The notes beneath the pieces are model-generated. The model worked only from the letters and a program-made list of their open reading frames with translations, did not search any database and was not told the origin of the DNA. This document shows positions 1 through 8,431 of a stretch of 64,000 nt of DNA, piece after piece; position 1 is the first letter of the stretch, and each line of letters opens with the position of its first letter. The position numbers and the translations under genes are program-made. Source of the DNA: a virus; IMG/VR virus record IMGVR_UViG_2579779045_000011, one strand, 5' to 3'.

Positions 1-1124
1 GCATTGATAAACCGTTTTGCTACACCCAGACCAGTAAAGGTTTTACCTGTACCAGTGCCGTTTGTAAAAAGAATACCCTTCTTATTTTCCTCAATTAACC
101 GCTTTTCAGTTTTTAAAACATCACCACGTTGTGCCGGTTGCAGATATGGCAAAGCTGCGTCAATATTTGAAGCATCGCTCCAAATTGTTTCTACATTATC
201 TGCTTTTAATTGAGCTTCTAGCTTTTCATCTATGGCAGCTCTAACTGATTTAGCAGATTGTACAATTGATCGATCTCTTGCTCGTTTAAGAGATGATCTC
301 TTACCAGATAGTTCACCGCCTCCGCTGCTGTTAATCCGGTTAGTATTGGCTCTACTATTTCCATCTGAAGATTCATTTCTTGGATTTCGGACGCTAGATA
401 AACTTGCATCATCACTTTTTGATAAGCCAGAATTACTGTCTCGGAGTACCCCAATTTCTCCATCATTTCTGATTGCTTCTGAAGCCTCAAATTCATCATT
501 TCCTGATCCAGTTGTAGAAACAATTGGTCCTCTGGATCTGAGACGAAATTCGCCAACTGATTCCACATCTGAATTGGTATTTGATACATGTAAGAATAAT
601 CCTTTTACAAGTTGCTGATCTTCTGAAAGAAGAGAGTCTGGAATAGCTTTAAGATGTTTTGAGCGTACAAGAATTTCACCCTGATAATAAAAGGCATAGG
701 GGTCAAACTCTTTAGCTTTGGTTAATTTGATGCCTTTAAGACCAATAACCTGTAGTGTTTTATTCTTTTTAGTGGTGTATGGCTTCAGCTCTTTATCGCA
801 AGCAAAAAGACTGACAATAGTCTCTAGCTGTTCAATAACATTTCTGGAACTGTTATTAAGGTGTTGGATAACTGATTCATCAATGTTTTTGATAGCCTCG
901 TTATATAAGACTTCAATAACTTCATCCAATTTTGGAAAGTCACTTTCTTGACGGGCAAAAGCTAAAGCTTGCTTTGCTACAGACAAGTTAAGTTCTATTT
1001 GCTTATGGATTATAAGAAGGAAAAATCGAGCAATATTGCTCTGATAATGCATGAAATCAATCATGTAATAAATCGCAACCAATACTGTGTCTTTAGTGAT
1101 TGGTTTGAGCTTTAAGATGGACAT
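1..1124 (-). CDS. N-terminal part of a large SF2 helicase-like virion protein (DarB-like); runs off the left edge
   Basis: Not in the ORF track. Manual translation from ATG 1124 (RBS GAGGG) is open to base 1: MSILKLKPITKD...GILFTNGTGTGKTFTGLG (Walker A). Lies next to ddrB- and darA-like genes. Confidence 0.75.
   Translation of the reverse strand, partial: MSILKLKPITKDTVLVAIYYMIDFMHYQSNIARFFLLIIHKQIELNLSVAKQALAFARQESDFPKLDEVIEVLYNEAIKNIDESVIQHLNNSSRNVIEQLETIVSLFACDKELKPYTTKKNKTLQVIGLKGIKLTKAKEFDPYAFYYQGEILVRSKHLKAIPDSLLSEDQQLVKGLFLHVSNTNSDVESVGEFRLRSRGPIVSTTGSGNDEFEASEAIRNDGEIGVLRDSNSGLSKSDDASLSSVRNPRNESSDGNSRANTNRINSSGGGELSGKRSSLKRARDRSIVQSAKSVRAAIDEKLEAQLKADNVETIWSDASNIDAALPYLQPAQRGDVLKTEKRLIEENKKGILFTNGTGTGKTFTGLGVAKRFIN
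230..589 (-). CDS. Candidate overprinted 119-aa acidic helical protein nested in the DarB-like gene
   Basis: Alternative frame on the same strand; AAAGGA 10 nt upstream of the ATG; host frame here is an S/G/N/R-rich linker. Confidence 0.5.
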   Translation of the reverse strand: MYQIPIQMWNQLANFVSDPEDQLFLQLDQEMMNLRLQKQSEMMEKLGYSETVILAYQKVMMQVYLASEIQEMNLQMEIVEPILTGLTAAEAVNYLVRDHLLNEQEIDQLYNLLNQLELP

Positions 1125-1155
1125 ATATCCCTCAACATAGGAACTTTACATTCCT

Positions 1156-1196
1156 ATGTTGAATGATCGTAAGTATCTAATTTTTAGTAGGTTCCA
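1156..1196 (-). promoter_or_regulatory. Putative late promoter TGGAAC-N29-CAACAT
   Basis: One of 14 copies with identical spacing; hairpin CAACATAGGAA/TTCCTATGTTG runs into the RBS. Confidence 0.7.
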
Positions 1197-1199
1197 GAT

Positions 1200-2711
1200 C
1201 TAAACTTCTAATTCTTCAAAAAGAATGTCATTAATTTTGTTCCCTTCTTGATTTTCCTTGTCATTACTTTGATCAATTTTAACTTTCAAAGCACTGTGGA
1301 AACGTTCAGCCCCCTCTTTCGTTAATCGAATTATTTTAGGACTACTTGAACTGCTGGAATCTACCAAGGAATCGTACATTTGCACACTAATGAAATCATC
1401 ACCAAGCACTTGTTGTGCATATTGGATAGCATCTTTTACACTTACTGGTTCAGGTTCACCAAACAAGCCTACATTACTACTATCTAAAGCCTGTTTCTCT
1501 GCAAATTCAGCTAATGCTTTAAATAACATACTCATTTTTTTTGAACTGCGGCTATTCTTGGCGAGAAATACGGCGAGCTCAGCAACACCTTCTCCTAGAT
1601 CCTCAAAAAGCCCTTGCTGCTTTACAAACTCAACAATATCTTGATCATTTTGCTTTGCAGATAAAATTGTATTTGCTGCATCAATAATTGCATTAGCAAC
1701 ACGTTGATCAATGGCTTGCTCCATTCCATCAACGATTTGATCTGATATATCTTGAACATTTCCACGACTTATAGCTTGCGCTTCAATAAATTTAGGCGCA
1801 GCAACACCAAGCGCATTAAGCATATTTTGAAGATCTGGTTTTGTATGATCAGCCATCATTTCTAGCAAACGATCATCATTGTACGCTTTACTAAAAATTG
1901 CGGCCTTGATTCTGTTTATCAGTGCTTGTGTTGGTTTTTTATCTTTCGTTGTGTACTGGGCAGCTTCTGTATCACCTAATTTACTTAAAAAACCTTGAAT
2001 AAACTTTTGATTACTTACTGCTAATAAATCGCCATCTTCACTCGGATTAAAAAGTGCCAGTAAATTCTCATCTAAACGTTTAGCATCAGCTTTAGCACGT
2101 TCAGTTGCTGTAAAAGACAACTTATCATCTTGGTTAGCATCTATTGCAAATTGAGCTCTATCAATCTCGGTTGTACGAATACGTATCAAAATCGGTTGAG
2201 CTATTGCTTGGACCTGCTCACTACTAAAGCCAAAGTAATCGGCTTCATCAATCAACCATTGTTTATACTCATCTGCGGTACCGCGCTCATAGGCAAGCTT
2301 GATAGCCATTGTTCGACCATTTCCTGATTCTACAACTAAATCATCACCAGTTATCGGTGCTCCCGTGTCTGCCCGACCTGAGCGGCCTAGGCTTTCGGGG
2401 TCTAAATCATTAGCAGTTTTCTGTACCCATGCTTGTGAGGATTCACGACTACGATCTCGTGGCTGCAATTCTTGCGGATAATTAGGGTTTTCCGCACCAG
2501 TTGCTGTATGAGATGCAATTACTTGATCAATATCAACTAAAGCGAATACAGTAGAAATCTTTTGTCCTTTGGCTGTTTTCACATTATTAGTTCTACCCTT
2601 CAAAAGCCCAGTAAAGGGCTGTTTAGGTTTAAAGAAACTAATCATTTGATCAATTACAACTAATGGATTCTTAGCAATATCTTGAGTAGAAATTAGATTT
2701 AAAGTTGTCAT
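1200..2711 (-). CDS. DdrB-like ParB-superfamily virion protein
   Basis: YPQELQPRDR, GAPI, VVESGNGRT motifs; directly downstream of the darA-like gene, as in P1. Confidence 0.8.
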   Translation of the reverse strand: MTTLNLISTQDIAKNPLVVIDQMISFFKPKQPFTGLLKGRTNNVKTAKGQKISTVFALVDIDQVIASHTATGAENPNYPQELQPRDRSRESSQAWVQKTANDLDPESLGRSGRADTGAPITGDDLVVESGNGRTMAIKLAYERGTADEYKQWLIDEADYFGFSSEQVQAIAQPILIRIRTTEIDRAQFAIDANQDDKLSFTATERAKADAKRLDENLLALFNPSEDGDLLAVSNQKFIQGFLSKLGDTEAAQYTTKDKKPTQALINRIKAAIFSKAYNDDRLLEMMADHTKPDLQNMLNALGVAAPKFIEAQAISRGNVQDISDQIVDGMEQAIDQRVANAIIDAANTILSAKQNDQDIVEFVKQQGLFEDLGEGVAELAVFLAKNSRSSKKMSMLFKALAEFAEKQALDSSNVGLFGEPEPVSVKDAIQYAQQVLGDDFISVQMYDSLVDSSSSSSPKIIRLTKEGAERFHSALKVKIDQSNDKENQEGNKINDILFEELEV

Positions 2712-4663
2712 TAGATATTCTCCGCTTCCATTTTTTGCACTTGATTCAAGAGTTCTGTCACCGCTGGAATAAGAAGTGGATCATTTAAGTCTTTTTCTGC
2801 TTCATCTCGAATTTGCTCTAATAACTCAAGATTAACTTTAACCTGCCCTTCAATTACTGAACGGTAAAGTTGATTACCTTCATCATTTGTCGTACTAGGC
2901 TGAAGACCTTCAACTTCTGTCGGAGCATTGAGTTCTTTAGATTCATCATTATCTGAATTTTGGGCTGGCTCTTTATTACTGAGGCGATCCGCTAAATGTT
3001 CATCTGCCCATGCTCTTGAATATTCATAAAATGCTGTTAAATATTCTGGTGAACCTTCGGCCCCATTCCAGTTTTTTAAGAATTCACCACGGCGATCTGA
3101 AACCCAAGCCATAAAGTCTATGTTGTTAGAATCTTCAGGATTTTCCAAAGTGTCTAACCATGCTTGCATCATTTTGTTTTCAGCTATACCAGCTGTACGT
3201 GCTGCTAATACTTCTTCATCTCTTTTTTGTTTAGCTTCATTTTCGGCATCAATAAGTTTTTTTGCTTCTAATCCTGCTTGCTGTTGAGCCAAAGCCTGGT
3301 CATCTAGATCAGAAATCCATTCACGTGCCCAAACTACTGCATCAGAATCCCCCTCTAGAGCCTTATTGATACGTTCAAAGAATGCTTGGTAACGTAAACC
3401 ATCTTCACCTGCCCATTCAGGATCAGCATTTAAACGCTTTAAGTCGGCTTTTAAACGTTCGGCTTCTTCATCAGAAATACTATCTGGTAACTCATTATCG
3501 AGACTATTCTCTTTAATGATTACTTCATTTTCTTCAGATTGCTTGGTTAACAATGTATTTTGCAACTGATCCAATTCATTTAATAAATTGGAAATTTCTG
3601 CACTTAAAGAATTTAATTGACTTTGTTTTTGCTCGAGGCGTAGTTCAGCATCTGCTAAAGCCTTGGCCTTTTCTGCTTTTTTAGATTGTAACCGCTTAAA
3701 ACGATTACTATTTTGGTTAATCAACTTCATAATTCGACCAGCGAGAACTGGAATTGATATTCCTTCTCCCTGATTAGGCTGAATTGCAGCCGTAATATCC
3801 CGATTGTTCATTAAAATCTTCCATGAAATTAATGAATCTGCTGGACTAATTTTTTTTGATAATCGATCTGGCTTATGAAAAAGGATTGTGAAGTTTTGGC
3901 CGTCATCAAAATCATAAGTAAGAGCAATTTGAAGGACTTTTTTATGCTTAAAGGGCTTACTTTCCGTAACGTTTACGATTTTGACGCCAGTTTTTGAAAA
4001 CTGATCCATAGAGTGATGCAAAATTGCAGACAGCTGCTCTAAATGCTGGTAATCAACGATAATAGAGTCATAATGAGCTTCTTCTACGCCTAGACTAGAT
4101 AAAAGCGTAGGTAACCCATCAAATTTACTTAATAATTGGCTGTGATCATCATTTCGTTGCATATCTAATAACAACTTAGAAGTATCACCCTCATGAGAAA
4201 TTAAATTGATTCCATCCCATTCAGGTTTTTCAGCTGCTACAACATTTTGTAATTGTTCTAGTTGCCATCTTTGAATCGGTTTTGAACCCGTCAAATTAAA
4301 TTGTTGTGATGATAAATGGCGCTTAAGTCCAAATTGATTTGTTTCAATAACATCTGTAACACTAGCATCAAACATTCGGCCAAATTGCAGTATAGCTAAA
4401 TCAGCTGCATGCTGGTCATCGATAGCGCCTAATACCGCAACAGAATCAAACGCATCTATCCCACCCTTTTTACCTTTTAAATTTACAACACGCCAGAAAT
4501 CATTTTCCGTGTAATCTTCAGTGACTAAAGCATTAATTTGACGGTAATCACCCTTAATAAACCCAATTGAACAAGCACCACTATTCACCATGGAGTCAAA
4601 ACCATGTACTAATCGGCTTTGATGTGGTGCGTGTGTTTGAATGAAAATTGATTTAACACTCAC
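2711..4663 (-). CDS. darA: DarA-like defence-against-restriction head protein
   Basis: DarA-N-type segment (FDDGQNFTILFH...MNNRDIT...IMKLINQNSNRF), coiled coil and acidic C-terminus; GTG start with GAGGA RBS. Confidence 0.75.
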   Translation of the reverse strand: MSVKSIFIQTHAPHQSRLVHGFDSMVNSGACSIGFIKGDYRQINALVTEDYTENDFWRVVNLKGKKGGIDAFDSVAVLGAIDDQHAADLAILQFGRMFDASVTDVIETNQFGLKRHLSSQQFNLTGSKPIQRWQLEQLQNVVAAEKPEWDGINLISHEGDTSKLLLDMQRNDDHSQLLSKFDGLPTLLSSLGVEEAHYDSIIVDYQHLEQLSAILHHSMDQFSKTGVKIVNVTESKPFKHKKVLQIALTYDFDDGQNFTILFHKPDRLSKKISPADSLISWKILMNNRDITAAIQPNQGEGISIPVLAGRIMKLINQNSNRFKRLQSKKAEKAKALADAELRLEQKQSQLNSLSAEISNLLNELDQLQNTLLTKQSEENEVIIKENSLDNELPDSISDEEAERLKADLKRLNADPEWAGEDGLRYQAFFERINKALEGDSDAVVWAREWISDLDDQALAQQQAGLEAKKLIDAENEAKQKRDEEVLAARTAGIAENKMMQAWLDTLENPEDSNNIDFMAWVSDRRGEFLKNWNGAEGSPEYLTAFYEYSRAWADEHLADRLSNKEPAQNSDNDESKELNAPTEVEGLQPSTTNDEGNQLYRSVIEGQVKVNLELLEQIRDEAEKDLNDPLLIPAVTELLNQVQKMEAENI

Positions 4664-4691
4664 GGAGTTATCCTCATTTTAGTTTGAGGAT

Positions 4692-4732
4692 ATTTTCTCA
4701 AGTAGGTGAATCTATAAAGGCAATGAGTTCCA
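4692..4732 (-). promoter_or_regulatory. Putative late promoter TGGAAC-N29-GAAAAT
   Basis: Motif copy; hairpin TATCCTCA/TGAGGATA sequesters the RBS. Confidence 0.7.
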
Positions 4733-4736
4733 TAGC

Positions 4737-5390
4737 TTATTTTAAGTTGGGAAACATTTTGATGAAATTTAAAGTAACAATGGCATGCGCTTTATTAGCT
4801 GCATCTAGGGGTAAATTTCCGGCTTGAAGTGCTACTAAATGCTCAATTGCAAATTGGTTCTGATTTCTTGCAGCCTTATCAAAAGCGTATATTTTTAATC
4901 TCATTAAGTACTCTATAGGAGGCGGCTGAGTACCATCCTTATTAAACATTATATTTTTTATAGCTTTAGCACTATTCGCAATTGCAGCCTCTTTAGTCTC
5001 AATAAATGAAATGCTCAACTCATTTGACGCATTGCCTGTTACATGGTTGAGTTGAAAGTGCCCCACATGCACTGCATCGGTTTGAGCATCAAGTAGTGAT
5101 ACATCGACATTATTGGCTAACCAAGCAACTTTATTTGAAGGATCAAAAATTGGAATATTTGCTTGAGCAATTTTACTGTTTGCATGATAAGGACGAATTT
5201 CAATTCCAAAATGGGCAGCTGAAAGTGTCCCTAATGCGTAAAGTTCCTGATAATGGGAAACAGCTCGATCCACTGTTAGACCAGACCATAAGACAGGATT
5301 CTTAGCAAAACGTTCTTTAAACGGATTTAAAACGTTTCCCAAACTGTTATTTATAGTTTTATTCTGCGTTTCGTATTCAAAGAAAGCCAT
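4737..5390 (-). CDS. Phage structural protein (tail tube/baseplate-like)
   Basis: 217-aa ORF coupled to the portal gene; fold assignment is tentative. Confidence 0.55.
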   Translation of the reverse strand: MAFFEYETQNKTINNSLGNVLNPFKERFAKNPVLWSGLTVDRAVSHYQELYALGTLSAAHFGIEIRPYHANSKIAQANIPIFDPSNKVAWLANNVDVSLLDAQTDAVHVGHFQLNHVTGNASNELSISFIETKEAAIANSAKAIKNIMFNKDGTQPPPIEYLMRLKIYAFDKAARNQNQFAIEHLVALQAGNLPLDAANKAHAIVTLNFIKMFPNLK

Positions 5391-6925
5391 TATTCTTCAT
5401 CCTCTGGAAATTTACGGCTCTTAGCAATACTTTCAGCTAATGTTAATGCTTCCTCATATTTCATACCTGTATCGCGCTCAAGAATGTACGCCATAATATC
5501 TACATCTAAATTTGATTCTTTCAATGATGCGATTACTTGTGTTTTAAGTAATGTTGTATTCATTCTTGATTGAGCATTATTGATTTCTTCTGTAGCTGCT
5601 GCAGTTTGGTTTGAATAGTATTCAACTTGCCAAGGGTAATCTTCAGGCTCAAATTGTTCGTTGTAAGCAAACCCCCAATCCAAATGAAGAATTTGATTAA
5701 TCCCTTCGGAAGCTGCTGTTCGAATATCTTGTGACCTACGCATGATTTGTGCAGAAGTATGGAATGCTCCACCTTCTCCTATACCACCAGTTAACATATC
5801 AGCCCAACCGACCATGCTTGGATCTAGACCAATTCCGCCCATCAGCAAACGGACATTAATCATGAACTGTTCAATATTAATAGGTGAGCTTCGTTGATTC
5901 TTGATATCACCCACTGGATTTAGAACTTGTTTTTCATCAAATACCGGAAGCATGTGAAAAGCAGTATTCCAAACTGCTTCACCACCTGATAAAGCATCAC
6001 GGACATAAGCCTCATGATTTTTAAGTAAACCTTCTAAACCACGGATATAAGCTTGACGTTGTGCTGGTGGCATTCCCGACATATTTACTGTCAAGAACAT
6101 CTGATTTACGGTATCTGCAATTTGCTGGCTGTTCATAGATGCCAAAGCAAGGATTACATCATCATAAATGTCTTCAATTTCGTAAAGGAATGAGCCGCCC
6201 AAATGCGCTGGTAAGATAGGTAGCTCATCTGGATCATCCCCCTCTAACATTTTCGTGACTAGACCAGTTTCTACAAGCTCATATTGAGCAATATTGCTCA
6301 TACGGGGCATTTTGAAACGTACCATTTGAATAGTATTCAGTTTGGTAATAGTTTTTTGCCAATTACGAGGATCTAAACAAAAAAAGGCGACAGTCTTACT
6401 GCCTTGTTCGAACGGTTGTATTAATGGCGGATATGTATACTCATTACAAACGAGGTCAATTACACCTTTATCTTTTTTCCCATAAATACGTGCATAGGAA
6501 TCACCGAAAGAAATAGCATCTCGGGCAAGTTTGCTTAAATACTTATTGATAAGCTTTTCCATCTTTACACGGCGCTCATCTAGTTGTTTTTTTAGTTTTT
6601 CAGCTGCTGGTCCACTGGCCTTTTTCAAGCGTTCGGCAGGTGTAATAAAGACTTGTTGGCCGCTATAAGAATCTCCGCCTAATGCGGCAGAAACATGAAT
6701 CCCCATACCCTCTGCGATAGGTGCAAAGCGTAACATTCTCTCCCATTTTGTAAGAATTTCTTTTCTAGTACGTTTTTTATTGGCTTTGGTTTGATTAGTC
6801 CCAAGTGAAAACGGAGCCATAGTTTCATATAGCTGCGCTGTTGCATCCTGATTAGACGTATCGAATTGCTGATCATATGAATTAATATTTTCACCGAGTA
6901 ACAACGATAAGAACCGAGAAGACAT
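5390..6925 (-). CDS. Portal protein (P1 Prt-like)
   Basis: ~510 aa; DPSMVGWADMLTGGIGEGG motif resembles the P1 portal; start moved to MSSRF. Confidence 0.8.
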   Translation of the reverse strand: MSSRFLSLLLGENINSYDQQFDTSNQDATAQLYETMAPFSLGTNQTKANKKRTRKEILTKWERMLRFAPIAEGMGIHVSAALGGDSYSGQQVFITPAERLKKASGPAAEKLKKQLDERRVKMEKLINKYLSKLARDAISFGDSYARIYGKKDKGVIDLVCNEYTYPPLIQPFEQGSKTVAFFCLDPRNWQKTITKLNTIQMVRFKMPRMSNIAQYELVETGLVTKMLEGDDPDELPILPAHLGGSFLYEIEDIYDDVILALASMNSQQIADTVNQMFLTVNMSGMPPAQRQAYIRGLEGLLKNHEAYVRDALSGGEAVWNTAFHMLPVFDEKQVLNPVGDIKNQRSSPINIEQFMINVRLLMGGIGLDPSMVGWADMLTGGIGEGGAFHTSAQIMRRSQDIRTAASEGINQILHLDWGFAYNEQFEPEDYPWQVEYYSNQTAAATEEINNAQSRMNTTLLKTQVIASLKESNLDVDIMAYILERDTGMKYEEALTLAESIAKSRKFPEDEE

Positions 6926-6955
6926 AACTAAGCCAAAATACATAAATAATTAAGT

Positions 6956-7045
6956 ATTTTGATGGCTGCAAGTTTTCTACTTTTAGATGGGTTCCAAAGT
7001 GAATTGGAACCCTACAGATTTCATTAATTAACTGCATGCAATTCT
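6956..7045. promoter_or_regulatory. Back-to-back late promoters (minus: TGGAAC-N29-CAAAAT; plus: TGGAAC-N29-AATTCT)
   Basis: GTTCCA at 6991 and TGGAAC at 7005 point divergently at the portal and the 64-aa gene. Confidence 0.65.
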
Positions 7046-7084
7046 ATCTGAACTTATTTTTTAATCTGTTCAAAGGAAAAGCTC

Positions 7085-7279
7085 ATGGCTGAAGTTAAAG
7101 TATTTAACGATTTAGATATCGAATTAGCTCAAAGAACCAAAGACATTGTAAATGCCCAACGTTTTAACAACCGACCTGCTTTCAAAACATTAAACCTAGG
7201 CTGGGACCTTGAAACTGGTTCCATTGCAGTTAACTACACTTTTGTAGAAGAACCACAAAGTAATGATCAGCCTGCATAA
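7085..7279 (+). CDS. Small hypothetical protein (64 aa), opposite strand to the late operons
   Basis: AAAGGA RBS, own promoter motif, downstream terminator. Confidence 0.75.
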   Translation: MAEVKVFNDLDIELAQRTKDIVNAQRFNNRPAFKTLNLGWDLETGSIAVNYTFVEEPQSNDQPA

Positions 7280-7293
7280 AATGCATTTAAATG

Positions 7294-7325
7294 GAGAAAG
7301 CCCCAATTAAGGGGCTTTCTTTTTA
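7294..7325. terminator. Bidirectional intrinsic terminator
   Basis: GAAAGCCCC-AATTAA-GGGGCTTTC followed by a T run, between convergent genes. Confidence 0.8.
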
Positions 7326-7331
7326 TTAAAA

Positions 7332-8096
7332 TTAATTAAGAATAGTCGTATCAATTAACAAAGGATAAGGAGCTGTTAATTGATACCAACTATGTGTGTT
7401 AACTTCAAAATGATCAAACCATGCATATAATTCAGGCATCATATGTCCATTAGGGTCAGAGGTGTTTCTACCAATTTGATAAATTTTATTATCTTGATAT
7501 CCATAGAAAGTTGATACATAAAATTCATCAACATCCATAGAAAAACTCCATATAACATCCATACCCTGAAATAATAAAGCCTTATTAGCTATATTTCCTG
7601 AATATAAATAATCAACCCCACTAATCTCTTGTAAACTAGTTACAATAGTTAAAGGCTTAGCTTGAGATGAAAAAGCTACAGTACCGTCTTCTCTGTAGAT
7701 TTCTAAACCTACACCAGATGATAAGGGCTGAACCCTAGTAGAAAATATATATACCTTAGCTGCTGGGGGTTCTTCTATAGTCCATACACCGCCTGTTACT
7801 CGCTTACCGTAGTAAACAACAATATCCCAATTATCGCCATTAGATTGAATTCCACCAAAAGCACAACTACAGTCATTAATAACTTCTAAAGCAATAACAG
7901 GAAGAGGTAAATCAGCTTTTGGAACACTAAGCTTACGCATCTTCCCATCAAAACGCCATCTAGGATTAAAACCGGGTAAACTATCAATTAGTACCCCTGA
8001 TTTAATATCTAAAACAGAATGTAAGTGTAGATTGCTATAATTACTATCAATTTGAATAGTATTTCTATCATTAACTACTTGAAAACCTGCAGCCAT
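7332..8096 (-). CDS. Tail-tip accessory/receptor-binding protein
   Basis: Repeated G(F/L)(Q/E)(V/I) motifs (GFQVVND, GLEIYREDG) typical of genes after J-type central fibres. Confidence 0.65.
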   Translation of the reverse strand: MAAGFQVVNDRNTIQIDSNYSNLHLHSVLDIKSGVLIDSLPGFNPRWRFDGKMRKLSVPKADLPLPVIALEVINDCSCAFGGIQSNGDNWDIVVYYGKRVTGGVWTIEEPPAAKVYIFSTRVQPLSSGVGLEIYREDGTVAFSSQAKPLTIVTSLQEISGVDYLYSGNIANKALLFQGMDVIWSFSMDVDEFYVSTFYGYQDNKIYQIGRNTSDPNGHMMPELYAWFDHFEVNTHSWYQLTAPYPLLIDTTILN

Positions 8097-8387
8097 TTAA
8101 TAAACCCCATAATAGAATCCAGTAACTAGACCTGCATAGTTAATTGTATTACCTGAAATAGTTAATTTATTGTAGGTCATCTCTGCAAGATTACTTCCAT
8201 AGCCGGGTAATAAATCGATAATAAAAAATATATTACCATTACCAATACTGTCAGTAGGTATTGTTACTGAACCTGAGATACCGGGAGGACTACCACCTTC
8301 CACCCTACCAATAAGTCTAGTAATTCGAGTAGTAGCATCTAATAATATATTCTTAGACTCATCAAATACTTGTAAGCCTTGTGGCAT
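8097..8387 (-). CDS. Small tail-tip accessory protein
   Basis: MPQGLQVFDESKNILLD...YYGVY; GGAGG RBS; directly downstream of the J-like C-terminus. Confidence 0.7.
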   Translation of the reverse strand: MPQGLQVFDESKNILLDATTRITRLIGRVEGGSPPGISGSVTIPTDSIGNGNIFFIIDLLPGYGSNLAEMTYNKLTISGNTINYAGLVTGFYYGVY

Positions 8388-8431
8388 ATTGTCCTCCAAA
8401 AATAAAGGGCTAGATAACTAGCCCCTCTTCA

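Noticed and set aside
4..951. Plus-strand ORFs 4..213, 232..618 and 718..951
   Set aside because: Antisense shadows of the minus-strand helicase gene, with no RBS or protein motifs
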